This document shows, piece after piece, positions 23,401-36,137 of a DNA stretch of 36,555 nt. Both the position numbers and the translations under genes were made by a program. The stretch is taken from positions 1 through 36,555 of the forward strand of contig JALJEE010002172.1 in assembly GCA_023231475.1 (NCBI GenBank). The letters are read 5' to 3'. The DNA is from Seison nebaliae. Its lineage: Eukaryota. Below the pieces are notes generated by a model. The model had not been told where the DNA came from. It was given only the letters and a program-made list of their open reading frames with translations, and did not search any database. How positions within the stretch are numbered: the first letter of the stretch is position 1; the number at the start of each line of letters is the position of its first letter.

Positions 23401-26400
23401 CAAACCAATGCCGCATACACACTTAGCCCTATATGTTTCGAATCATTTAAGGCTGGAATACTTACATGACGCGTCTCCCATGCAAGGAAACAGCCGAAAA
23501 CCTTTTAAATTATTCATTAATCATGTTTTTTTATATTAAATCTAACTAATAAAACGCCTTTGTAAATGAAGATTGTACAAATCCATATCAATAAATGATT
23601 ACTTGTACAATATTTTATCTGATAAACAACTTGTTCAGCTTGGGAACTTGATGACTGAAGAAAAAAAATAGAAAATGTTATTTTAAATAAATTAATTATC
23701 CAAAAAAAAACATCAGCTCGTATTGTGGTATTGGTTTGAGCGACTTGCATCGGATCAACAATTTGCCATGTTGTCAAAATAACAAAATCCACAAACAATA
23801 ATGAAACGACAATTATAAATAATTGATAATCTTTAATTGCCTAAAAAGAAGATTATTCACAAATTAATTATAATAATATTTAACTCTTCTATTTGCTTTA
23901 ATGTTCGTAAAAATTATATGAACACGTAAAGTCTTACTGAACATTGCTCCATACGCCAATGTAAAACAAACACTCATAGCCCAACCTCTCACCTAAAAAT
24001 AATAATTATTTTTTAAGAAAAGTAAAATATTTATAAACCGAGCACATAATTCGATAAGTTAAATCATTTAAGAAATTTTGATCAAATCCCATTAGAACGA
24101 CGCCAATATAAGAGAACATACAACCAAGAATTAACAAATTATTCATATGAGGTGATGACATTTTAACAAATCTGTATTGAACGAAATTAAGTTAATTTTG
24201 AGTAATGAATGAGAATAACCTATGCTTTCGATACATCAGGTTGAATATGAGAAACATGATTGCCATAATATATCCGATGCAGGAAATGGTCGACATTAAA
24301 ATTAGGGCTAATTTTGAAATCGCTAATTTTTCCATTCTTATTTTCGTATGATCAAATGGTGCGTTATCTGAAATAAGGGAAATTTTAAAAGTTTTTTTTT
24401 AAGAATTTGACGATTAAAGCGAACCTCTCCAAACTCGTTTGATGGGAAGTTGTTTAAATAAACTGATATTTTTACTCGAAACAAAACGACCAATTCCATT
24501 ATATAATGCAATTGTCTTTTTCCTCAACATAATCTCATCCGATGAGTAATTCGAAAATATTTTCACAACTTTTATTTCACCGACACGATCACCATTCACT
24601 ATTTTCACTCGTTTCTGTGAAAAAAAAGTAAATGGGTGGAATTTATGAGAATTACAAACGGTTATTCCATCAAATTCGATTTTATTAGCGTATTGCTTGA
24701 AAATTATCGACCAATTCATATTTAAATTTGAAATAAAATCATCATTCATCAATTTCGATTGTTCATGTGGGAGATATTCGGAATATAAATTCTTCCGACG
24801 AATACCTCCATCAATGAACGATTGAAGATATTGATTTTTATGGATATTATCCATCAATTGGTTGTTCTTCAATATTGAATCTAATGTGTATGAAATGAGC
24901 AATAAGGAATCGAATGCAAATTTTACGATTTCTGCATTCTCATCCATATCCAATAAATCGACAGATTCAATGACTGCATTCGCTGGTTGTATATTATCAA
25001 AATTTTCGATATATAAAATCTAAAGAAAAATATTTGTTGATAAGAAATTATTTGAGATATTGTAAGAACCGTTTGCATTTCATCATTTAATTCTTCTTTT
25101 GGTTTGATCATGTCAAAGGAAGTGGTTGCTGCTTCCGTATAAATGATGCCGTCAATCGATTTCATTAGACTTTCGATATTGGTACAGTGTTTGGATGTTT
25201 CCGTCGAAATTTTTTTGGACATTGATCTAATAGTAGATAAGTTAATTGTGTCTAATAATGTCCATAAATAAAGATTGTTTATCATGTTATGTTCATAGGC
25301 ATGACAAAGTAATGTCAATGCTAATTCTTCTTCAATACTCGTTACAATGATTTTCGCATCATTGGACTTTAAGAAATTTTAATGGAACGGTCGAAACAAT
25401 CAAATTAAAACTTTTAATAAATTTAATAGAATGTTAATCATTTGAATGGAAGCATTTGTATGAATTCCTTGAGAAATGATTACATCGATTCCTGCCATTT
25501 CTAACTGTCTCGTCATGTCATTATGTGCCTAAAGATAAATACAAGAATGGAATAATTTCATTAAAAATTTAACTGATGTATGTCTAGATGTGTATTGATA
25601 TACAGTAGCAACACGAGAATAATTCAACGATTGTAACAGTTTGATCATCGCTCTGTTATGCTCAACATCACTAGGAATGATTCGAAGGACATTTGGTGGC
25701 AATTGGCCGTCTCGTTTCGTGTAAGTCACTAGGATACTTCCCCAATATGGTATGGAATCCGCTACAGCATCGTAAACATGGGTACAATCGTCGGCTATTA
25801 CTGCCGGTTTTAATCCGGTATTTTCATCGTGCATAAATTCGAAGAATCCTTTCATGCCCGTTGCCATATCACACTAATTGGGGGAAACGGGAAGGAAAGC
25901 AGAATTATAATGGTGTAGACATAATGAAATAATAAGAATGAACTTGACTTTCTTTCCAAACAATATTGAGCTGATAATTATTGAGCAAATGACGATGTCT
26001 TGATTCGCTTAGGGCTCTCTTTAACATTGTTATCGTGTTCGACTTCTGCGACATATGAAGTAAAGCGCACAGCGATATATTCTTATCATAAGAGTATTGA
26101 TTAAGAGATGAAACGATTGCAGAAACGCCCACCGGTATCGTTAATATGAAAATCAGATAAATAATTGCTGAGAGATAAATGAAATTGTTGAGAATGGTTG
26201 AAATAAATATTGTGAGAGATTCTTCTTTCTTCTTACAATTCGATGGAATAATTTTCTTGTTCTTCATATCCTCTAATTTTGTATGATAGATTGTATCGGA
26301 TGATGATGATGATGGTGATGATGATGATGTCAGTGGTGAAGACGATGATTTTGATATACTTCGATTTTGAGTATAATGTGTTCGAGTAGAATGGGAACGA

Positions 26401-26525
26401 TTGAGATTGTTGAGTTTTTTAATTGGAATAGAATGTTTAATGTTTGAATTATCCCGATGCAAACACAATAGATGATTCAACAAGATGGAATTGGGTGAAT
26501 TCATTTTATCTATTCTCGTATTCAT
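20466..26525 (-). CDS. GABBR2: GABA-B receptor subunit 2-like class C GPCR, 13 exons: 26525-25944, 25873-25574, 25528-25412, 25366-25070, 25019-24660, 24614-24425, 24367-24220, 24171-24039, 23992-23885, 23840-23712, 23654-23547, 23501-23238, 23186-20466 (about 1,818 aa; about 1,732 aa if ATG 26267 is used)
   Basis: The spliced product has GB2-type 7TM motifs: [77 protein letters not shown] and IFTPKILEV...RATLR. Venus-flytrap landmarks are ESQCDMATGMKGFF, RIIPSD, LKSNDAKII, LLCHAY and FDGIT...NGDRVG. Twelve GT-AG introns (44-70 nt) keep one frame. The start codon is uncertain. Confidence 0.92.
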
Positions 26526-29500
26526 ATTCCACCTCTTTATTGCGTAAAAGAGGATAGGCAATTGTCATTCTACATAGTAATAAATCAACATAATCTAACA
26601 TCAATTTAGAACCAGCAACAAATACATCATAAACGAATAAGTAAAAAGAGAAAGTCACCAAATTATACTCATTTCCCCGCAATTTTAAATCTTTCGATGG
26701 AAATCCGATACAAATAATTATTTCCTGTTGCCGATCAAATGTCGACGATTTTAGACATAGTTTTATAACGAATCGAAAATTTGAAATTATTGGAAATTGT
26801 AAGAGAGAGATCCCTCGATTTTCGGCGTTAATCTTTGGACAAGAAATTTCTTCGATGAATTAGATGTTAGAAGTTCAATTATGATAACATCAAATAAAAG
26901 GAATGAAAATAATGTTCGTTCAAAGAAGGGGAGCGTTGATGATGATAACACTTTGAACATGTGAAATTTTAAATTGATTTTCAAGAGAAAGTTGATTATT
27001 GAGAAATAAGCATCTGGTATCACACCTATGCATCTTCTGGTGAATTGATTGCGCAGAAAGGAGAGGAGAAAAGGAAGTTTATTTAAAGAAAACATTTAAA
27101 AGGAAAAATCGAAAGAATTGATGAGAAAGAACATGAACGAAGCAAGTTCATAATAAAAGTTTATTTAATTCAAAATGATAATCTTCTTATTATAATTCGG
27201 CTTTATGAACATGCTAAAAACAAGTTTGGCCTATGGGTCGATAACTGTCATGGATAGGAACTCGAAAATTGTGTAAAGGTAAACTGTGAAATGGGAAAGT
27301 TGGAAGGTATTTCACGTAACCTAAAATGGAAATTGATTAAACATTCCAATATTAATGAGAATGAAGAATTGTTTTCCATCCGGTTAGTATAATGTAGTGA
27401 AATTATCTAGAAATCCGAATTACTTTAATGAATAGTATTGTCTCTAAAATATTATATTGTAAGAATTGGACATTCTGTTAAGAAACATGCAAGGAAAATG
27501 AAGAATGTTTTCATTCGACTAATATTTCACATATGTGCTTACAAGTCTATGGGAAAACGCAATATAATAATAATTATTTAGCTTCCGTCATTATTTCTCA
27601 TTACACTCAAACAATAATTAGGCAGTAGCCTCTCCTTATATCGTCGATTCGAATAATGTCAAATAATGGGGAATGCAGAAGATATTGTTTAACACAAATT
27701 TCATCTAAACTGCCAATACATATCTTGCATAAAACAGCAACTAAGACAAATCTTCACTTGAAAGACTAAATTCCTTTTTTCTGTTCATGTTGTGCATTTC
27801 TTGTGTCTTTCAAAATAAGACCTTATTAGGATAATAGTAGGACAATCTATAAAATTCTATATATCATTATCCTCACTTGCTCTAAAATAAATTTCCCTTC
27901 CGAATAAATTATTATATTTGGTGACAGCATTGCGCACTCTCAGCAGTAGTGTTTAGTTGAATATTATTAGATTTGTTAAGAAGCAAATCATATTTAATTG
28001 TCATATAATCATTGAGATAAGTTCTATTATTTAATTTGTCGCCTTCATTCATTCTCCATCTATCCTTTCATTCAGCTGCAGACGGACATTGATCGCAGAA
28101 GAAAACTGATCTCAAAATAATACATTAATTCTTTCTCGTATTACAACGAATTTATGACACTCATATCGACATCATTATAACCAACAACATCATCTTAAGT
28201 TCTATATCAATAAAACAAAGAGGTACACAATTCGTCAACGAAATTAGAATAGAATTGGCACATCAGTAATCTTACTTAATATTCAATACAAATTACATAA
28301 GGCATAAGTCCTATGAATTATCCGCCAACTTGTCTCCCCAGTCAAATCAGTCCTTCAACACCAAATTAGTTTACTATAAAAATTATTAAATAGAAATTAA
28401 AAATCCATTATGAATTCTCAACTATTTCGCTCTATTACTAATCGATTATTTTGGGGGGCAGTTTTTCCACATCTCGTCCAATTTCTCCTTAATAATTCTC
28501 TGTAATAATTCTCCGTAATGAGAAAACCGGAAAATTATAAACGGGAAATCTGATTTAATGAAAAATGCTAGATCTACTTCAAGAGAGAATGGACGAAGAT
28601 ATTTGATTTCAATATTTTCAATAAATTAAAAATATATCAACTTCCTTTTTAATGGATAATATTAGAAAGAAACATTATAATTGTTCCATTTCCTGCTTCA
28701 TCAAAAATGTTAATTAAAAGGTTCGTATGAATAAAATTATAAATTGCTAATCATTATTGGCTAGAATGTAGGAAACATTGAAAGAGAAATAGTTAAACCT
28801 TCAATTTCAATATCAAAAATAATAATATTAATAATCAATATTGTCGCCTAGTGGTTCAACAGGAATGATTCTCCGACGAAACATTTTGTTTGAAATGAGC
28901 AAATTATAATTTTATGAGAATTCTAATAAGAAAACAATCATTGAATGAGAATGAGTAATTGGACTTGAAGTTGAAGGAGAAAGTTCAAAAATAAATTGTA
29001 ATTGGGATAGCGCGCTAGAAATTTTTTCCCATAAAAATTCTTATTTTCTACAAATTTTCATCCGCATATTCACTCAAGTCTTACGTGAGAATAATTGACG
29101 TAATCATAACAATAATAATAATAATAATTTAATGGATTTTATCGGCAATGAAATCTCTACTGGAGGAACAATGGGGAATTTTTGTTTTGAAACCTTTTCT
29201 CAATTTTCTTTGGAAACTTCTTGTGTGTGAAAAATATACTCGTTATTTTTACTACGTAATCATTTCAAAGATGTTTATTAATCATATTTCTCCGTATTCG
29301 ATCAAAAAGCAGAAGAAAGAATTTTATATAACAAAGATTCTTCTTAAAATTGAAGTTCATATTTTTTTTTAAAAAATGAAGAAGAAAAAATATACAATCG
29401 AAAATCGTGAAAAGGAAACCAATTATCGCGAGCAATATGCGATATAATATGGAAGTGAACGAGTGAATGAATAAATAGAGAATGTACTAGAACACCTTGT

Positions 29501-32500
29501 TAACGAGAAGACTTAGTTCCTGAGAAACAAAGAATTACGTTTCCTTTCTCAGCCGATTATCTGAGTTAATATATGGGAAAGTTGAAGGCAAATTATTGTG
29601 CTGCGAATTGTAGACAGGTGTTCCGGTTTTGTCCATTTAACATTTTTTCGCTGCAGTTTAAGTTTAAGAGTGTGATAGAAATGTGATTGATGGTGTGATG
29701 AAATGTCCATTCAGTTTTTCTTTAGACTGGTGTTCTCGGTGGAAAATAACTAATTTCATAAGTGAAATTCGATGTGATGAAACTGTGGTCATGCGAAGTG
29801 TTGAGCTATTTTGACGAAAACAAAAATTTAATTTCTCATTAGATAATATAGTTTATAATCGTTTATGACAATTTATGGAGTGATATGTGTTAACAAATTT
29901 GGATTAGTGTGTGAGGGATGCTGGATATGGGAACGGCCAAATAAGTTCTTCCGTAAAGTGATGTAAGAAATGATGAGAATATTTATCACGATTCCTATTA
30001 ATAAGAATAATGGAATGGATTATGAAGCATTGTCGATTAATCGTGCATGATATGCACCAATGGAACAAGTATTCAATAGAATTATTTTGAGTGATTCCGC
30101 ACATCAAGTATTAGTTTGAATGAAATTGAAGAAGTGTATTCCAAAGTAAGATGATGATGATCATCTGCATAATTCTCGTTCGATACGATTTATAGTCGAT
30201 TAAACATCATTCGTGCTATTTCGATGGTTAGCGACATATTGTCGATTCAGCCAAACATTTCCTATCATCAGCATCATAAAGATAATTATTCATATTTGAT
30301 CGTTTCATATCTCATTCAGACTAAAATGACTATTTCATGTGAACGATAATAGATCGGGAGCGAATAGGAATAGAATGACGATTATTGATAATATGAAGAG
30401 AATGAAGAAATCAACTATATAGTCGATCGATCACTCAAATTAATTATTCCTCATCCATCATTCAGTAATTGCCTGAGGCGAATATGAAACATTTAGAACG
30501 TCTTTATTTTCGTCTTCTCATCCTTCTAAATTTCTTGCATTCGCTTTTATATCAACTTTTCCTCTCAAATTCAATTGATGTCCTGCTACTGTGCACTCTC
30601 TTCGCACAATAGGTCGCTGTGCATGGTCTCCGAAAATGATTATCCTGATTCTGTATTGCGAATTCGTCCTCATAGGATCTAATGGCAATGTCAATTAATT
30701 TATTCACTAACTAAACTACGACACTTCACATAATTCATTTCACACAATCGGACTATTCGCATTTCTATCACTCACATAACTCTTCAAAAGTTCCTTACTA
30801 TTTCCAAAGATTTAGTATGATACATAAATTAATATATGAAAGAGGAAAAGCAAATTATTGTTATATGATTCCTATTTTCTACTGATTCAATAATAACTGC
30901 CGGAATATCGGATCGTTATATGATTCATATTCACTTCGTTTGGAAGATGATGAAAATTAGCCTTGCATAACTTTGACTGTTTATATTTGATTGTATTTCA
31001 TTGTTCTACATATTCATTCATCTAGATAAGTATCGAACAGTATTGGATTGGTAAAATGATTAAAAGATTTATATCGGAAAAAATAATGCGTAGAAATTGG
31101 GGGGAGTAAATCAATAAAAAGAAATTTCAGACAATATAAAATTCGAGGAAAGAATGTGGAAAGGAAAAGGTACGTAGATAAGTTCAATCATTTTTCATGT
31201 TAAGAGAATGGCGAACGATAAAACGGAGAAGAAAGTAAATGAATTGGTACATCACTCATCATTACAATAACTTTTTACCAGTCAATGTCACTTCAATTTT
31301 TCTGCATTAATCTCCTGCCAACTCTGCTATATAATTTGAGAAGATGTCGTATGTGAATTAGTTTTCGAAATTTTATAATGTTCTATCTATCAATTCGTCT
31401 ATTTTCTCTCAGTTCGATGTCTTATGTAACAACAATGACTAGAAGGATATTAATATTACCCATCATCTTTCTATATTACTATATAATTATATTAGTCACA
31501 CACAGAGCAATCTTCCACATAATATATATTCAAACGAATTATATTTGCACACTCTTCCCCACGATTATAGAAAGAAGGATGAGTGAATGGATAAGCTTTT
31601 CAGGCGTCTGACATATGATAGAATAGAATTATGTAAATGAAACATGTTTTCAGATATGGTAATATTGGAACAAATTTTATTTAATTGAATTTTCATTAAT
31701 CAATTATTTCATGTTCATATACCATTCCTATACTTCAGATCGACTTCATATAGATAATCGTCTTTCTTTAATTTCTATTCAAATCTATTGAATTTTATGA
31801 TTCTCTCAAAAAATCTTTCTCAAATTAAAAGAAATTTTCCAATTGAAGAAGGAAAACTGTTTGGTATTGAAATCTTTCTTCTCACTTACACAACATAATT
31901 GTGCAATTAACTTCTTGATGTGGAAAGTCATGAGTGGATTGGAGATAGACGATGATTGAAATAGCAAAGGCGAAATTCCTATTAGAACTTTTGAAGGATG
32001 GGGAAGATTACGATAAACGAATTATTTACTCACCAGTCTGAAGATAAAGAGAATTCAATAAATTAAGAATATTCTTCTTCAATGTCCCTATATCGAGATT
32101 GAAGGAGAATAGATGGGTGATGATAGATAATATAAACGATAATCATCGAGTTGGAAGCATAACATCTAATCGAATTTTTCAGACGGAACGAAATAGAATT
32201 TTCTTTCTGAAGGAAAAATTTATCTCCCATCAGTACTTACCACGCAGAGGATTATAAATAAAAAGTGAAAATGACAAAAGAAATCGTTGTCTTTCAAATG
32301 GATAAGTTGCAGAGGAAAATGAAGCGACTAACACAATCATTCGATAATGCATTCCTTCCTTCTCCGACATCTAATTTGATTACTTATTCCTTATACTTAT
32401 ATAATATTCGAGTGTAATAAATAAAAATTTTTGGAGGAGACCATTATGAATTGATGCTACTGATGGTGATGATTCTGATAGAGGAGAAGATTCTTTTATT

Positions 32501-34229
32501 CATCTTCTTCATTCAGTAAATAGAATAATTCGCGATCATCTAACTCGCGGCATATGAAGGCGAATAAAAACAATAAGTGATTCGTAACTTATTCTTAATA
32601 TTCTGACATTGTTGTTGTTGCTATTGTTTCTCCACCATGATTCTAATGTGTGAGTAGAAGGGAAAAGTGGAAGAAATAATATTAATGAAAATAAGAGAAA
32701 TATTGTTATTGTATTAGCGAATATCCGTTAATAAACTTTTTTCGCTTTCAAATTTCTGGAAGGAAAGAAAGAAGCGATAGAACACAGTAATAATTATATA
32801 ATATTATTAATCAATGAATTGTTAATTGAAAGCAAATATATATAACAATAAAATAATTTTCATCTTCAATCATTTTCTTTAATCTAATCTTTTGAGAAGT
32901 CGCGAAGAGAACTATGAATTCTTCTTTCAAGAAAAGATATCGCCATATATACATCGTGACTATAGTCTATGTTGCATTAGAATGATCTTTTCTTCTTCCT
33001 TATGCTTCTCATCATTAATGTGCCGAAATAAATTAATCAGAGATTTATCTGTCTCGTTTTAACGTGCGAGAATTGGAGTATGAGAAAATGTGCTCCGGAA
33101 GGAGAAATTTACAAAACCCTTCGACTTGTTTAACGATTTTTTCTACTCGATTCCTCGACTTCTATTCATTCTCATCTTACTTCAATCCGCATTGTGCATC
33201 CGATGAACAGAAGACGGATATATAAAATTACTACATTGCGCAAATATCGATCGTAGGCACAATCATTAATATTGTTTGATGACATCCAATAATTGGCTGT
33301 TGGTTATTTGATACGAAAATTCGATCTGACTTTCCATGAATTTATCTCTTGCTAAATTTATGATCTTCATCATAATTATTTCTATTAGATCATCCCATTC
33401 ACTTGAATGATCTTCTTTGTCAATTTAATCATCATCATATTATCATTAGAATACTCTTCTCCTCTTCTCTGTTTCAACCATATTATATCCGATACTTCAA
33501 ACATTTTTCATTCAAGTCATGTCTAAAAAAGACTGCTTTTTATTTATGAAAACAGGTTAATCGGTTTATTCTATTCATGCATATTAAACTGAAGTAACCG
33601 TGATATAATATGAAGCCATTGTTTAATCTTATTAAAATATATCTTCAAATATACGACAAACCACATTTTAATGATTGGGTAGCCTACTATCATGTCTATC
33701 ATGATGATCTCGTAAATATTTTCGCCCCCTGACACTGAAATCTTAAATCGAATGATACTATTTCCTCTCCATATTCTGATCATCCTGATGTTTTAAATCT
33801 GATACATTACGGTGTACATTGTACACTTTACAATTGTATGAAATCATTCTCGTCTGCTAATAAAATCAAATCGAAGTTTATTTGCGCCTTCTAATTTTGT
33901 AATTGGGTTGAACTTACTACTTAATGGAAGATTACTTTTCTAATATAAGATCCGAACATACAATCTGTGGTATGGTAGTTTGCTTGGAAGTAGATATCCC
34001 ATCAACCATGTGGTTTATTATGCCGGATATTATGCTTTATTAAAATTGTATCTTATTTAAAATTATGTCAAATATAAAATAATAAGAACTAATCTTTCCG
34101 CTCAAAGATCCTTCTGGTCGTCCCAAATCCAACAATAACGATCATGTAATTTATCGCTACCAATCAATGTTATAATAATTTATTATAATTTTTTTTTTCT
34201 TTTTTTAACTTTATCCATTCTTACATGTT

Positions 34230-34745
34230 TACTTAATTTTTTTCACTTTTCGAATCAACTTACATTCATGTTTTTCAATTAATTTTTTCTCAGCTCTTGA
34301 GATTCTGTTATTTTGTTCGTAAAAATAATAAATTGTGAATTAAAATTGTATCTTACGTTTTCAGTTACTTTCATCAAATGTTTACTAAACATATTGCTGT
34401 ATGGAGATTCAGTGTTGGAAATTTAAAACAAATTATACTTACAATTTTAAATTAATAAATAATTTTAATTTTTAAATAAATTAAAAACCAGTTCCATACA
34501 AACTGAATTCCGAAAATTATCTGAAAAACTAATATCAACAACTTCAACTTTTTGTATGTCCGTTACCATTTGAATTTGTGGTTGTTGTTAATAACCAATA
34601 AATGTTCATGTATTTAAAATGCTAAAGCTAACAATGTATTTGTAAGAAAAGTTACCAAATTTTAATTAAGTTTTATTTGAATGAAAAATAAATTTAGTAG
34701 AACAATGTCTTCGAAGCATGCTGTTATGTCATTTTAATATTATTA
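34230..34745 (-). pseudogene. Decayed exon-like sequence downstream of the 463-aa ORF
   Basis: MVTDIQKVEVVDISFSDNFRNSVCMEL (34569-34489) is followed by a typical 51-nt GTT..AG intron (34488-34438), then YNLF*ISNTESPYSNMFSKHLMKVTENVRYNFNSQFIIFTNKITESQELRKN* with in-frame stops. Confidence 0.3.
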
Positions 34746-36137
34746 TTAGTTGGAAGAATCTTGGAATGTACTTTCTAAAAAATATTCATCTGGTTGATCG
34801 TAATGATTCCAAAATCTGATAATAATTAACAAATTAAATAAAACAAGATTCACAATAAATAGAACAGTCTGAAAGTTGTTCAATAAGAAACTTAATCTAT
34901 TACCTCTTCTAACCGATCTTTCGCATTCGCGCATTTGTCCCAATATTTCGCTATCTGGTTCCCATGGAATACCATTTTTTATCTTTTTTTTTAAGTTTCT
35001 CCGGAAATCTTCGAATTTCGATGTTTTATTATATTTGTAAACTGTCAGGTTTTTATCATTATCTTCACATCTCGAATTGTCAGAGTAATCAGAATTATAA
35101 AAATACAATACCGATTGACACGATTCGTAATTATCTTCTGAATTATTAGAAATTATACTGACATCTGTTTGGTTATTATTCTCATCCAAACAACCAGACG
35201 ATTTAAGATCTAAAAAATCAATAAGTTCTTTTCTTAGTTTTCTTTCATGTTCTGAATGAATAAATGGTTCATCTTGCAAGAAACATGAAGAAGGTTTTGC
35301 AAACAATTTTTCGCAGTCTTTTATTCGCATTTTTTTTGGTTTAGCTTCATCAATTTCATTTGAACCTTGATATAAAGCATTATCCTCTTTTCTACTGGCT
35401 TCCATTACGGTGATAAATGTTTTTTCTGCCTCATTTTGCAAGTTTTGGTTTATTTTTAATTTATTTTCGATTGGTAGTCCCTTATTGTCGTTATTGCGTA
35501 TTTCGGTGTTATTCTGAAACTCAGTATTATCATAAAATTCCATATAATGATCAATTTCCGTAACTACCTCAGCATTGTCCAATTCCATATTACATCCGTT
35601 TTCCGTATTATCATTGACTTGCATATTACAATCAGAGTTTTGACACTTATAACTGGAACCAAATGTCGCATGATTTTGGTCAAAATTACTTTCAGTATTA
35701 AACAATTTAAACTCATTTGAAAATTCATTGTCATCCGTAAATATGACAGCATTTTTAATATCTTCAAGAGCGCAATGTATAATTTCATAATTCGCTTCTT
35801 CAGTACTTTTAATACCATCTTCTTTTTTCACTTGTATTTCTTCAACACTTGGATCTATTATAGACGAAAAACTAGTAGTTTCTGTATCCAACATTTTACG
35901 AATTTTCTCCGACGTCCCTTCGGTTGTAGGGTTACTTTTAACAGGAGTAATGTTTTGCTCTTCCAAAAGTTGTCCTAAATTTCTTTTTCTTGTGGTTACT
36001 TCAGCCTTTTCTGTGTCATTATCTTGCTTCTTGTCCTTCACCATTGATTGATTAGTGGTATCTGAAGCTTTGACCTGAACATGTTGCAACTTTCTCCTGC
36101 ACCTACACCCTAATACTTTTAGTTCTTGCCTTACCAT
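34746..36137 (-). CDS. Uncharacterised acidic, N/E-rich protein (463-aa ORF; the 3' end is probably spliced)
   Basis: A 1392-nt ATG-initiated ORF in very AT-rich DNA is unlikely by chance, but I recognise no domain with confidence. A 50-nt GTT..CAG candidate intron at 34865-34816 would replace the hydrophobic end with ILESLRSTR*. Confidence 0.65.
   Translation of the reverse strand: MVRQELKVLGCRCRRKLQHVQVKASDTTNQSMVKDKKQDNDTEKAEVTTRKRNLGQLLEEQNITPVKSNPTTEGTSEKIRKMLDTETTSFSSIIDPSVEEIQVKKEDGIKSTEEANYEIIHCALEDIKNAVIFTDDNEFSNEFKLFNTESNFDQNHATFGSSYKCQNSDCNMQVNDNTENGCNMELDNAEVVTEIDHYMEFYDNTEFQNNTEIRNNDNKGLPIENKLKINQNLQNEAEKTFITVMEASRKEDNALYQGSNEIDEAKPKKMRIKDCEKLFAKPSSCFLQDEPFIHSEHERKLRKELIDFLDLKSSGCLDENNNQTDVSIISNNSEDNYESCQSVLYFYNSDYSDNSRCEDNDKNLTVYKYNKTSKFEDFRRNLKKKIKNGIPWEPDSEILGQMRECERSVRRGNRLSFLLNNFQTVLFIVNLVLFNLLIIIRFWNHYDQPDEYFLESTFQDSSN

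Noticed and set aside
20705..23539. Plus-strand ORFs opposite the GABA-B gene
   Set aside because: They are antisense shadows of real exons.
32233..32250. TACTTACC resembling the U1 snRNA 5' end
   Set aside because: The following sequence lacks recognisable U1 stem-loops and the U1-70K and U1A loop motifs.
34039..34355. 17-bp direct repeat ATTAAAATTGTATCTTA exactly 300 bp apart
   Set aside because: It is almost all A/T, has only two copies and the flanks do not align, so chance is plausible.
34810..34865. C-terminal transmembrane helix in the 463-aa ORF
   Set aside because: The hydrophobic stretch coincides with a T-rich 50-nt GTT..AG candidate intron and is more likely intron read-through.
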